Source: Bryobacterales bacterium
Lineage (GTDB): Bacteria > Acidobacteriota > Terriglobia > Bryobacterales > UBA6623
Direction: 5' to 3'
Assembly: GCA_965242705.1 (NCBI GenBank)
Contig: OZ251486.1
Location: 333,945-397,944 of the forward strand
DNA: 64,000 nucleotides
The position numbers and the translations under genes are program-made. Position 1 is the stretch's first letter. Every line of letters begins with the position of its first letter. A model generated the notes under the pieces. It saw nothing but the letters and a program-made list of their open reading frames with translations. It had not been told where the DNA came from and made no database searches. Positions 26,802 to 35,231 of this stretch are shown here, in pieces.

Positions 26802-27403
26802 GCCGCGCCTCCGGCGAGCGCCCGGCGCACCGCGCCGCGGATGACGGGCGGCACGGCGCTCCAGCGGCCCTGCTCGCGCACGGCGGTTGCCGATACGGCG
26901 TCGTAATCGGGCGAAATCTCGAAAGGATGGATGCGCCCGGCGTAGCGCGGCGCGGGAACGTAGGCTCCCCCGCGCGAGCCGACCAGCAGCCGAAAATGCC
27001 GCAACTGTTCGTCGAACGAGGGCGCGCCGCCGTAGTCCCACGATACGAAGCGCTCGGCGGCGTCGCGGCCGCCGATGACGCACAACTCGACGGAGGCGGG
27101 GATTTGGGCGCGGAATTCGCGGACGATCTCGCCGACCAGGCTGCGCTCGCACGAGGCGGCCAGCCGTGCGGCGTCGCCGCGGACGAGCAGCTCGAGCCAC
27201 TCCAGGCGCTGCGCGAACTCGCCGCGGTCGAGCCGTTTGTGCGGCAAGGTTTCCGGCAGCGCGAAGACCACCTGCTCGAGCGCGAAGCGCTTTTGCGCCG
27301 CGTCGGCCAGGGCGACGTGGGCGACGGTCGGCGGATGGAACGCCGCGGGCAGAACGCCCAAGCGCTTTTGCGCGGTTAATTTCCCTTCGACGAAGCGGAT
27401 CAC
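26798..27403 (-). CDS. Cytidylyltransferase-like nucleotidyltransferase (NadD-like)
   Basis: The GTG at 27403 shares its G with the upstream TAG. GVLPAAFHPPTVAHVAL resembles the (T/H)xGH nucleotidyltransferase motif. Confidence 0.6.
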   Translation of the reverse strand: MIRFVEGKLTAQKRLGVLPAAFHPPTVAHVALADAAQKRFALEQVVFALPETLPHKRLDRGEFAQRLEWLELLVRGDAARLAASCERSLVGEIVREFRAQIPASVELCVIGGRDAAERFVSWDYGGAPSFDEQLRHFRLLVGSRGGAYVPAPRYAGRIHPFEISPDYDAVSATAVREQGRWSAVPPVIRGAVRRALAGGAA

Positions 27404-28392
27404 TACTCGAGGTAGGGGCCGAGGACGCGGTCGATCTCGGCGTCGGTCCATTCGTTGACGGCAACGCCCTTATGCAGCGACCAGACTTCCAGATGATCGC
27501 TCGATTCGCCGGGCTGCAGCGTGCGCAGCGGCCCGAGCGTCTCGAGTTCGAGGAACCGCTCGTTGGCGAAGGTTTCGTACGAGGCGCCCATGTCGGGGTA
27601 TTCCAGGCCGGGCTCGGCGCGGTATTTCTTGACGAAGAGGTTGCCGTCGAGCAGGTAGGCGCCGCGCGTTTCGGGGTTGAACAGGCCGATTTTTTCGGGG
27701 TCGGCGTTGTTGGCGTCCTGGCGCAGCACGATATATTTTTCGAGCCAGGTCCAGCGCGGATCGCTCATGTTGGTAAAGGCGAAGACGATCAGCGGATTGG
27801 TCGGCGCCAGCGCTTCGGGATGGGTTCCGCGCGGCGGCAGGGTGGTCACCGCGGCGCCGCCCGGCGCCATCATCGAGAGCACCCAGGGGGCGATGCGCAG
27901 CGGCCAGATCGTCTTGTTGGTCAGGCGGTGGCGCACCTGAACCTCGCCGCCCGTTTCGGCGAGCTCGATCTCGATTTGCTTGCGGACGCCGGTATGCTCG
28001 ACGGGCGCGCGCGCCGTGAGGACATTGCCCGCGATATGCGCGTCCACCGGCTCGTTGTCCGCGCCGTAGCTGTAAACCGGGTCTTCGGGGCCGACCCAGA
28101 GGCGGCTTCCGCCGAACAGGCGCCATTGGCCGCCGCCGGTCTTGCCCAGGTCTTCCTCGAGCTCGACGAACATGTTGCGGCCGCCGACGAAGCCGTAGCG
28201 GATGATGCGCGGGCCGACGTCGGCGGTGACGATCAACTCGACCTCGCCGTTGGTCACGCGGTAGCAGTTCGGCCAGCCTCGGTAGGCGATTTTTTCGATG
28301 GTCACGGCGGCGGAAGACGGCGGAGCGGCAAGCACGGCAAGCAGAAAAGACCCGGAAAGCAGAAAAGAAACGAAAAGGACTCTCGTCTTCAC
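27403..28392 (-). CDS. Hypothetical secreted protein (mutarotase/DUF4380-like; tentative)
   Basis: ORF 27403..28443. The GTG at 28392 gives VKTRVLFVSFLLSGSFLLAVLAAPPSSAA, a signal peptide. The codon usage looks like real coding sequence. Product is not confidently recognised. Confidence 0.6.
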   Translation of the reverse strand: MKTRVLFVSFLLSGSFLLAVLAAPPSSAAVTIEKIAYRGWPNCYRVTNGEVELIVTADVGPRIIRYGFVGGRNMFVELEEDLGKTGGGQWRLFGGSRLWVGPEDPVYSYGADNEPVDAHIAGNVLTARAPVEHTGVRKQIEIELAETGGEVQVRHRLTNKTIWPLRIAPWVLSMMAPGGAAVTTLPPRGTHPEALAPTNPLIVFAFTNMSDPRWTWLEKYIVLRQDANNADPEKIGLFNPETRGAYLLDGNLFVKKYRAEPGLEYPDMGASYETFANERFLELETLGPLRTLQPGESSDHLEVWSLHKGVAVNEWTDAEIDRVLGPYLE

Positions 28393-28414
28393 GGCGAAAT
28401 CGGTCAGGAATCGG

Positions 28415-29176
28415 TCAATAGGTCGCGCGGCCGCCGCTGACATCGTAGCATTGGCCGGTGACGAAAGAGCAGTCGGGGGAAGCCAGAAAATGCGCGACCG
28501 CGGCGACTTCTTCGATCGTGCCCGTGCGGCCTCGGGGGATTTTCGAGGTCATGTAGGCGACTTGCTCCGCCGTAAGCTGGTCGAGTATCGGCGTGCGGAT
28601 TACCGTCGGACTGACGGCGTTGACGCAGATACCGCAGCCGGCGGTTTCTTTCGCCAGCGATTTCGAGAGGGCGATGACCCCGGACTTGGAGGCCGAGTAG
28701 GCGCTCATGTTGGGGTTGCCTTCCTTGCCGGCCAACGAGGCGATATTGACGATCCGCCCGTAGTCGTTGGCGATCATGTGCGGCATGACGGCGCGGCAGC
28801 AATAGAAGACGCCGTTGAGGTTGACGGCGATGACGGAATGCCAATCGTCGTCGCTCTGTTCCTGGACGGGAGCGGCTTTTCCGGCGATGCCGGCGCAATT
28901 GACGAGGACGTGGATTTGTCCGTGCGCCTCGATGAGGCGGGCGAACACGGCGGCAACGTCCGCGCCGTCGGCAACGTCGAGCGCCGCGGCGGCGGCGCGC
29001 AGCCCTTCGGCGCGCAAGGCTTCGGCTGTCGCTTCCGCGCCCGACGAGTTGCGGTCGGCGGCGATGGCCGTTGCCCCGGCGCGGGCCAGTCGCCGGGCGA
29101 TGCCGGCGCCGATGCCGCGGGCGGCGCCGGTGACCACGGCCGTCTGGCCGGAGAGATCGAAAAAGCCGGCGGTCAC
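28415..29176 (-). CDS. SDR family oxidoreductase (FabG-like)
   Basis: TGAARGIGAGIA Rossmann motif, NCAG, and the YSASKSG catalytic Y-x3-K. The GTG start overlaps the rplI stop (GTGA). Confidence 0.9.
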   Translation of the reverse strand: MTAGFFDLSGQTAVVTGAARGIGAGIARRLARAGATAIAADRNSSGAEATAEALRAEGLRAAAAALDVADGADVAAVFARLIEAHGQIHVLVNCAGIAGKAAPVQEQSDDDWHSVIAVNLNGVFYCCRAVMPHMIANDYGRIVNIASLAGKEGNPNMSAYSASKSGVIALSKSLAKETAGCGICVNAVSPTVIRTPILDQLTAEQVAYMTSKIPRGRTGTIEEVAAVAHFLASPDCSFVTGQCYDVSGGRATY

Positions 29177-30231
29177 GCCGCGCCGTCCTCCCGCGCCTCC
29201 GCGGCGCCGGCCGCGGCTTCAGCCGGCTCGGCGCCCTCGGTTTCCGCCGGCTCGGCCTCGGCGGCCGCGGCCGATTCGGTCTCCGCGCTTTCTACCGGCG
29301 CGGGCTCCGCGGCTTCGACGGCTTCAACCGGCTCGTTGTCCGCGGTCTCTGCGGCTTCGGCTTCAGCGGCGTCAACCGGCTCGTTGTCCGCGGCCTCTGC
29401 GGCTTCGGCTTCAGCGGCTTCAACCGGCTCGTTGTCCGCGGGCTCTGCGGTCTCGGCTTCAGCGGCTTCAACCGGCTCGTTGTCCGCGGTCTCTGCGGCT
29501 TCGGCTTCAGCGGCGTCAACCGGCTCGTTGTCCGCGGCCTCTGCGGCTTCGGCTTCAGCGGCTTCAACCGGCTCGTTGTCCGCGGGCTCTGCGGTCTCAG
29601 CTTCAACGGCTTCAACCGGCTCGTTGTCCGCGGGCTCCGCCGTTTCGACTTCGGCGGCTTCAGCAACTTCGGCGGGCTCGCTCTGCGCGGCTTCGGCCGA
29701 TTCGGCGTCCGCCGTTTCCACCGGCGCGCTTTCCGCGGCTTGGCTTTCCGCGGCTTCGACGGCGGCGGGCGGTTCGTCTTCGCGGCCTTCGGCGCGGACT
29801 TCGACCTTGACCGTCGCCTCCACGTCTTTGTAGAAGCGGATGGGAACCTCGTAGTCGCCGACGACGCGCAGAGGCGTTTTCAGGTCGATGCGGTGGCGGT
29901 CGATGGCCAGCCCCTGTTCGGCGAGCTCGGCGGCGATGTGGCGGTTGGTGACCGAACCGAAGAGTTGATCTTCGCGGCCGGCGCGGGCCGTCACGCGGAC
30001 AACGACGCCTTCGAGCGCCGCGGCCTGTTTCCGAGCGTCGCCGCGCAGGCGAACCGCCTCGCGCTGCGCCGCCGCCCGCATCTCGGCGAGTTGCTTGAGG
30101 CTGCCCTTGTCGGCGGGGATGGCCAGCTTTTGCGGATAGAGGAAATTGCGGGCGTAGCCGTCGGCGACCTTGACCACCTGACCGCGGTCGCCCAGCTTGT
30201 CGATGTCTTTTTTGAGGATGACTTCGAGCAT
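29173..30231 (-). CDS. rplI: 50S ribosomal protein L9 with an acidic tandem-repeat C-terminal extension of about 200 aa
   Basis: N-terminal 150 aa MLEVILKKDIDKLGDRGQVVKVADGYARNFLYPQKLA.. is canonical L9. It is followed by the E/A/D-rich repeats (ADNEPVEAAEAE..). Confidence 0.85.
   Translation of the reverse strand: MLEVILKKDIDKLGDRGQVVKVADGYARNFLYPQKLAIPADKGSLKQLAEMRAAAQREAVRLRGDARKQAAALEGVVVRVTARAGREDQLFGSVTNRHIAAELAEQGLAIDRHRIDLKTPLRVVGDYEVPIRFYKDVEATVKVEVRAEGREDEPPAAVEAAESQAAESAPVETADAESAEAAQSEPAEVAEAAEVETAEPADNEPVEAVEAETAEPADNEPVEAAEAEAAEAADNEPVDAAEAEAAETADNEPVEAAEAETAEPADNEPVEAAEAEAAEAADNEPVDAAEAEAAETADNEPVEAVEAAEPAPVESAETESAAAAEAEPAETEGAEPAEAAAGAAEAREDGAA
29311..29646. repeat. 7 x 48-bp tandem repeat inside rplI (16-aa unit E(A/T)AE(T/P/A)ADNEPV(E/D)A(A/V)EA)
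   Basis: Unit boundaries read directly: 29311-29358 encodes EAAETADNEPVEAVEA and 29599-29646 encodes ETAEPADNEPVEAVEA. There is a higher-order 144-bp periodicity. Confidence 0.9.
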
Positions 30232-30237
30232 TGCCGC

Positions 30238-30654
30238 TTACCCCTGCTTGCCTTTTTTGATTTCGCCGGCGAAGGGCAGCAGCGCGATGTTGCGCGCGCG
30301 CTTGACGGCCCGCCGCAACTGACGCTGGTGGTGCGAGCTCAAGCCGGTGTGCCGGCGGGGCAGAATCTTGCCGCGGTCGCCGAGAAACTGCTTCAGGTTT
30401 TCGATGTCCTTGTAATTGATGTCGTCGATCTTGTTGACGCTGAAGTAGTCAACCTTGCGGCGCCGGAAGAAGCGTTTGCCTCCGGGGCCTCCCTGCCGCG
30501 GGCGGCGGTCGCCGGCCGGTTTCGGCGGCCGGGGCGCGGCGCTTTCGCCGGACGTCTTTTCCGCGCGCGGCGCAGCGGCGGCGGACTGTTCTCCGCCGGC
30601 GGGCGCGGAGGCCTCGGCGGCCGGAGTTGCGGTGGATTCCTGATTTTCAGCCAT
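30238..30654 (-). CDS. rpsR: 30S ribosomal protein S18 with a low-complexity N-terminal extension of about 60 aa
   Basis: C-terminal core [48 protein letters not shown] is canonical S18. Confidence 0.9.
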   Translation of the reverse strand: MAENQESTATPAAEASAPAGGEQSAAAAPRAEKTSGESAAPRPPKPAGDRRPRQGGPGGKRFFRRRKVDYFSVNKIDDINYKDIENLKQFLGDRGKILPRRHTGLSSHHQRQLRRAVKRARNIALLPFAGEIKKGKQG

Positions 30655-30671
30655 TTCGTTTCTCCCGGTTG

Positions 30672-31130
30672 CTATTCGTCACTTTTGGTCTGCGCCGCCG
30701 CCGGCGGGGCGGGAGCGGCCGGTTTGGCGGGAACCGGCGCGCGCGGGGCGGCGGGCGCCGCCGGGCGCGCGGAGCTCTGCGGCGCGCGCGCCGCCCGTTT
30801 CTCCCTGCGTTTCTTGAGCTTTTCGAGCCGCCGCAAGTCTTCGTCGATGCGCACGGTCATGAACTTGATGACGGCGTCGGAAACGCGCAGCCTGCGCTCG
30901 ATTTCGCGCGGCAGCGAAGATTTGTCCTCAGCCGAGTATTGCACGAAAACATAGTGCCCGTCGGCAAAGCCGCGGACGGGGTAGGCCAAGCGGCGCTTGC
31001 CCCATTCGTCCACCTTGTCGATCTCGGCGCCGCCTTCCGTCAGCGCCGCGCGGACCTGTTCGACAGCGGCCCGGGTTTCCTCTTCGAGGAGGTCGGGCTT
31101 GACGATAAACACCAATTCGTAGATTCTCAT
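30672..31130 (-). CDS. rpsF: 30S ribosomal protein S6 with a Pro/Ala-rich C-terminal tail
   Basis: ATG at 31130 preceded by aagaggaacc. [24 protein letters not shown] is canonical S6. Confidence 0.9.
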   Translation of the reverse strand: MRIYELVFIVKPDLLEEETRAAVEQVRAALTEGGAEIDKVDEWGKRRLAYPVRGFADGHYVFVQYSAEDKSSLPREIERRLRVSDAVIKFMTVRIDEDLRRLEKLKKRREKRAARAPQSSARPAAPAAPRAPVPAKPAAPAPPAAAQTKSDE

Positions 31131-31750
31131 GGTTCCTCTTTTTGTTGCCCGCGGGCGCGGCGGTTGCAATCCGCCATGGTCTTTTCGGCGCCCTCGGCAA
31201 GCAGCCGGCGGACAAAGTCCGCCGCTCGGTTTACAATCGCATCCGCCTCGCCGCGCTGCTCGCGGCGCAACGGACGCAGCAGAAAATCGGCGCCGCTTGC
31301 GAGGCGGCGGCCGGGGTGAATGCCGATGCGCAAGCGCGCGAAATCGGACGAACCCAGCGAACCGATAATGGATTTCATGCCGTTATGCCCCGCCGCCGAC
31401 CCCTTGAGCTTGATGCGCAGGGTTTCCCACGGCAGGTCCAGATCGTCGTAAACGATCAGGAGCCGGTCGAGCGTTACATCGTAGCGCCGCAACAGCCCCT
31501 TGACCGGCCCTCCGCTCAAGTTCATGAACGAGAGGGGTTTGGCCAGAACGACGGACTTGCCGCCGATCGGGCCGAGTCCGACGAGTGCATTTTCTTCGGG
31601 GCGGGTTACCCGAATGCCCTCGTCCTCCGCCAGGCGGTCGATCGTCATATAGCCCAGATTGTGGGGCGTATGCCGATACTCTTCGCCCGGATTGCCCAAG
31701 CCGACGACGAGAAACTCCCCGCCGGTTTTTTGACTGCGCCGCCAAAACAT
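31127..31750 (-). CDS. pth: Peptidyl-tRNA hydrolase
   Basis: FLVVGLGNPGEEYRHTPHNLGY ... GHNGMKS motifs. The stop overlaps the rpsF ATG (ATGA). Confidence 0.9.
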   Translation of the reverse strand: MFWRRSQKTGGEFLVVGLGNPGEEYRHTPHNLGYMTIDRLAEDEGIRVTRPEENALVGLGPIGGKSVVLAKPLSFMNLSGGPVKGLLRRYDVTLDRLLIVYDDLDLPWETLRIKLKGSAAGHNGMKSIIGSLGSSDFARLRIGIHPGRRLASGADFLLRPLRREQRGEADAIVNRAADFVRRLLAEGAEKTMADCNRRARGQQKEEP

Positions 31751-31783
31751 GGCCGCCTCGGCCGGCAAGAGCCGGCGCCGGGA

Positions 31784-32434
31784 TTATCCATCGCCTTTCC
31801 TGGCCTTCGCCTCGCCGCCGTCTTCGGCGGCCTCCTGCCCGCCGCCGTCTTCCTCTTCGGCCGTTGTCTCCGCGGCGCTGGTTTTCGCGGCCATGATGTG
31901 CAGCAGCAGCTTGCTTTCGTCCTCGGCCAGCTTGTAATTGCCGCCGGCCGGGATATCGCCGGCGCGGACGGCCTGGCCGACGCGCAGTTCGGAGATGTCG
32001 ATCTCGATTTTCTCCGGGATGTCGAGCGGCAGGCACTCGACCATGACTTCGCGGCTGACCATTTCCTCGAAACCGCCCTGATTCTTGACGCCGAAAGCCG
32101 TGCCGACGGGCGCGACGGGCACCGCGACGGTGACCGGTTTCTGCAGATCGATCCGCTGCAAATCGACGTGCAGCAGCGCGTGGCTCACGGGGTCGATCTG
32201 GTAATCGACGGCCATGACCGATTCGCCGCCGCCCTTCAGGTTGAGAATGCTGTTGCGTCCGGCGGAGCTTTCGAGCAGCCGGGTCATGCGTCTGGTATCG
32301 ACGGCGATCACGCGCGGCTCCTTGCCCAAACCGTAAACGACGCCGGGCGTCCGGCCGGAAGAGCGCAGGCGCCGCGCTTCGTTCTTGCCGCGCGTCCCGC
32401 GTTCGGAAACTTCCAATTCGACTTGTTGTTGCAT
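31784..32434 (-). CDS. rplY: 50S ribosomal protein L25 / general stress protein Ctc
   Basis: RGTRGKNEARRLRSSGRTPGVVYG.. is the L25/Ctc N-terminal signature. Acidic C-terminal tail. Confidence 0.9.
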   Translation of the reverse strand: MQQQVELEVSERGTRGKNEARRLRSSGRTPGVVYGLGKEPRVIAVDTRRMTRLLESSAGRNSILNLKGGGESVMAVDYQIDPVSHALLHVDLQRIDLQKPVTVAVPVAPVGTAFGVKNQGGFEEMVSREVMVECLPLDIPEKIEIDISELRVGQAVRAGDIPAGGNYKLAEDESKLLLHIMAAKTSAAETTAEEEDGGGQEAAEDGGEAKARKGDG

Positions 32435-32507
32435 CGCAATTCGTCCGCTCTCTTTTTGCCGGGCGCGACGGCCGTTCGCAATCGGAGCGCTCCCAAATCC
32501 TCTTTGT

Positions 32508-33455
32508 TTATTCGAACAATACGCTGATCGAAGTCTCGTCGTGGATCGAGGCGATCGCCTTGGCCAGCAGCGGCGCTACGCTCAACTGGCGGATTTTGCC
32601 GCACTCGCGGGCCTGCGCCGAGAGCGGGATCGAGTCGGTAACCACGATCTCGGTCAGCCCCGATTCCTTGATTTTAGCGACAGCGGAGCCGGAAAGCACG
32701 GCGTGTGTGCAGCTTGCGTAAACCGCGCCCGCTCCTTTTTCGAGCAGCGCCTCGACGCCCTGCACCAGCGTTCCGGCGGTATCGACCAGATCGTCCACGA
32801 TCAGGCAGGTGCGGCCCTTGACCTCGCCGATGACGTGCATGACCTCGGCGACGTTGGCTTCCTGGCGGCGCTTGTCGATGATCGCCAGCGGCGCCTTGAG
32901 GCGCGCGGCGAGAGCGCGGGCGCGCCGCGTGCCCCCGGCGTCGGGCGAAACCACCGTCAAATGCGGCAGTTTGAGTTGCGAGAGGTAATCGACCATGACC
33001 GGGCGGCCGTAAAGATGGTCAACCGGAACGTCGAAGAACCCCTGGATTTGCGCCGCGTGCAGGTCGAGCGTCAGCACGCGGTCCGCGCCCGCGGTGACCA
33101 GCAGGTTGGCCGCCAGCTTGGCCGAGATGGGGACGCGCGGCCTGTCTTTGCGGTCTTGCCGCGAATAGCCGTAGTAGGGCAGCACCGCGGTGATGCGTTT
33201 CGCCGACGAGCGGCGCAGCGCATCGAGCATCAGCAGCAACTCCATCAAATGCTTGTCCACGGGCGTACAGGTCGATTGGACGACGAAAACATCCATGCCG
33301 CGGACGTTCTGCTCGATTTGCAGATAGATTTCGCCGTCGGAAAACGTCTGCAGCAGGTGCTTGCCCGGCTTGACCCGCAGGCAGTCGCAGATGCTGCGGG
33401 TCAGCTCCGGGTTGGCGGAGCCGCTGAACACGCTCAGACGCTTGCGATCGGCCAT
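32508..33455 (-). CDS. prs: Ribose-phosphate pyrophosphokinase
   Basis: 315 aa. LSVFSGSANPEL.., DLHAAQIQGFF, and the PRPP-binding loop LIVDDLVDTAGT. Confidence 0.95.
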   Translation of the reverse strand: MADRKRLSVFSGSANPELTRSICDCLRVKPGKHLLQTFSDGEIYLQIEQNVRGMDVFVVQSTCTPVDKHLMELLLMLDALRRSSAKRITAVLPYYGYSRQDRKDRPRVPISAKLAANLLVTAGADRVLTLDLHAAQIQGFFDVPVDHLYGRPVMVDYLSQLKLPHLTVVSPDAGGTRRARALAARLKAPLAIIDKRRQEANVAEVMHVIGEVKGRTCLIVDDLVDTAGTLVQGVEALLEKGAGAVYASCTHAVLSGSAVAKIKESGLTEIVVTDSIPLSAQARECGKIRQLSVAPLLAKAIASIHDETSISVLFE

Positions 33456-33476
33456 GGCAAAACTCCCGCTCAGCGT

Positions 33477-34403
33477 TCAGGCAATCGGCGCCGGCGCGCC
33501 CGGGTATTCGGCGCGGGGCAGGAACCGGCAGGCGGCGGCGTCGAGTCCTTCGGCGGCGCACGAGCGAGCCGCGTCGTCCGCCTGTTTCCCGGACTCGAAA
33601 ATTGCGAACAACGCCGAGCCGCTGCCGGACATCAGCGCGAGGCGCGCCCCGGCGGCGAGCAGCCGTTGCTTGATGTTTTCGAGTTGCGGGAATTGACGAA
33701 AAACAATCGGCTCGAAGTCGTTGACGGCCGTCCCTGCAAGGTTCGCCGCGCCCCCGGCGTCGTATGCGCGAACCGTTGAGCGGAAACTATTCATGATACG
33801 GCGTTGCGCGGCGGGTGTCAATTTTTCGTCCGTCCGCCGGGCGAACGCGCGGTAGGCCCAGGCGGTCGAGACGGCGGCGCCGGGAACGGCGGCGACGACG
33901 ACGGGGGCGGCGGGCCGGTCGGCGAGCGGATAGACCTCTTCGCCGCGGCCGATGCCCAGCGCCGCGCCGCCGACGAGGAAAAAGGGCACGTCGCTGCCCA
34001 GGCCGGCCGCAACGTCGTACAGCGCGGCCTCGTCCGGGGCGGACGGCAGCAGCCCGCCGAGCGCCGTCAGCACGGCCGCCGCGTCGCTCGACCCGCCGCC
34101 CAGGCCGGCGCCGCAGGGGATGTTCTTGCGCAGCCGGATGCGCACGCGGGCGGTCAGCCCCAGGCGCTGCAGCAAGGCCCTCGCCGCGCGCGCGGCGAGG
34201 TTGCCGTCGTTTTCGAGCTCGGGGCGGTTGCAGCGCAGCTCGACGCGGGTTTCGGCGGCCGGCTCGCAGGCGATTTCCAGCCGGTCGGCGAGCGAAATCG
34301 TTTGCAGGATCGTGCGCAACTCGCGGTAGCCGTCGGGGCGCCGGTCGAGCAGGCGCAGGCACAGATTGATCTTGGCCGGAGCCTGCCGGATGACCGTCGG
34401 CAT
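33477..34403 (-). CDS. ispE: 4-diphosphocytidyl-2-C-methyl-D-erythritol kinase
   Basis: ATG at 34403. APAKINLCLRLL..R.DGY and the GHMP kinase motif IPCGAGLGGGSSDAAA. Confidence 0.9.
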   Translation of the reverse strand: MPTVIRQAPAKINLCLRLLDRRPDGYRELRTILQTISLADRLEIACEPAAETRVELRCNRPELENDGNLAARAARALLQRLGLTARVRIRLRKNIPCGAGLGGGSSDAAAVLTALGGLLPSAPDEAALYDVAAGLGSDVPFFLVGGAALGIGRGEEVYPLADRPAAPVVVAAVPGAAVSTAWAYRAFARRTDEKLTPAAQRRIMNSFRSTVRAYDAGGAANLAGTAVNDFEPIVFRQFPQLENIKQRLLAAGARLALMSGSGSALFAIFESGKQADDAARSCAAEGLDAAACRFLPRAEYPGAPAPIA

Positions 34404-34425
34404 GGGAATCCGCCCGGGCGTCCGC

Positions 34426-34971
34426 CTACGAGTCGTAGCGCAGCAACGCGGCGACGTCATGGCCGTCGAGCTTGGCGCGGCCGTTGAGGAAGCCGAGTTC
34501 GATGACGAACGACAGCCCGGCGACCGTCCCGCCCAGGCTTTCGATCAATTCGACGGCGGCGGCGGCGGTTCCCCCGGTCGCCAGCAGGTCGTCCACGATG
34601 AGCACGCGCTGCCCGGGCTCGACGGCGTCGGTATGAATCTCGAGCGTATCGCTGCCGTATTCCAGTTCGTAGCTGACTTGCGTCGTCTCCGCCGGCAGCT
34701 TGCCGGGCTTGCGCACCGGCGCGAACCCCGTGCCGAGATCGGCCGCCAGTTGCAGGCCGAACAGAAAGCCGCGGGATTCGATGCCCGCGACCAGGTCGGG
34801 GTTCAGCCCGCGCGCCTGCTCGGCCAGCGCATAAGCGATGAGCTTGAGGCCTTTCGCGCTCTTCAGGGCGGTGGTGATGTCGTAGAACAGGATGCCCGGC
34901 TTGGGGAAGTCCGGCACTTCGCGGATCAGAGATTTCAGTTCGTCCATAGCGCTGCGGCCCGAAGCGTCCAT
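34426..34971 (-). CDS. apt: Adenine phosphoribosyltransferase
   Basis: [22 protein letters not shown].. and [13 protein letters not shown]. Start at 34971 or 34947. Confidence 0.9.
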   Translation of the reverse strand: MDASGRSAMDELKSLIREVPDFPKPGILFYDITTALKSAKGLKLIAYALAEQARGLNPDLVAGIESRGFLFGLQLAADLGTGFAPVRKPGKLPAETTQVSYELEYGSDTLEIHTDAVEPGQRVLIVDDLLATGGTAAAAVELIESLGGTVAGLSFVIELGFLNGRAKLDGHDVAALLRYDS

Positions 34972-34980
34972 GATAACCGA

Positions 34981-35015
34981 GCGGCCGACCCGCGACCCGC
35001 CGGGCCGCGCTTTGC
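34981..35015. repeat. Degenerate REP-like element
   Basis: ggccgacccgcgacccgccgggccgcgctttgccgc: a GACCCG tandem motif plus a decayed GC hairpin. Confidence 0.5.
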
Positions 35016-35110
35016 CGCTATTTTCCATCCGCCGGCGCTTGACACAGGAAAAGGCTTGTGTGAAAATTGAATTGAATGATGCGCCCACGAGTTCCTGCGA
35101 GTACTCGTGG

Positions 35111-35147
35111 AAAAATTATGGCCCGCGGGAATCCGCGGGCCATTTTT
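35111..35147. terminator. Bidirectional rho-independent terminator downstream of NHL paralog 2
   Basis: Perfect 11-bp stem ATGGCCCGCGG (35118-35128) / CCGCGGGCCAT (35133-35143), GAAT loop, flanked by AAAAATT on the left and TTTT on the right. Confidence 0.75.
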
Positions 35148-35231
35148 ACAGGAGCGCCCATGGGGATTCGCTATCTGCCGTGAGACCGCTCCGCGCCCTC
35201 ACTCTACGGCGTTCTTATTCAACGGCGCCCG

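Noticed and set aside
29311-29646. Possible CRISPR array (regular 48-bp repeats); likewise the octamer arrays
   Set aside because: The repeats are contiguous with no unique spacers, lie inside an open reading frame (rplI), and no cas genes are present. The octamer unit is far too short.
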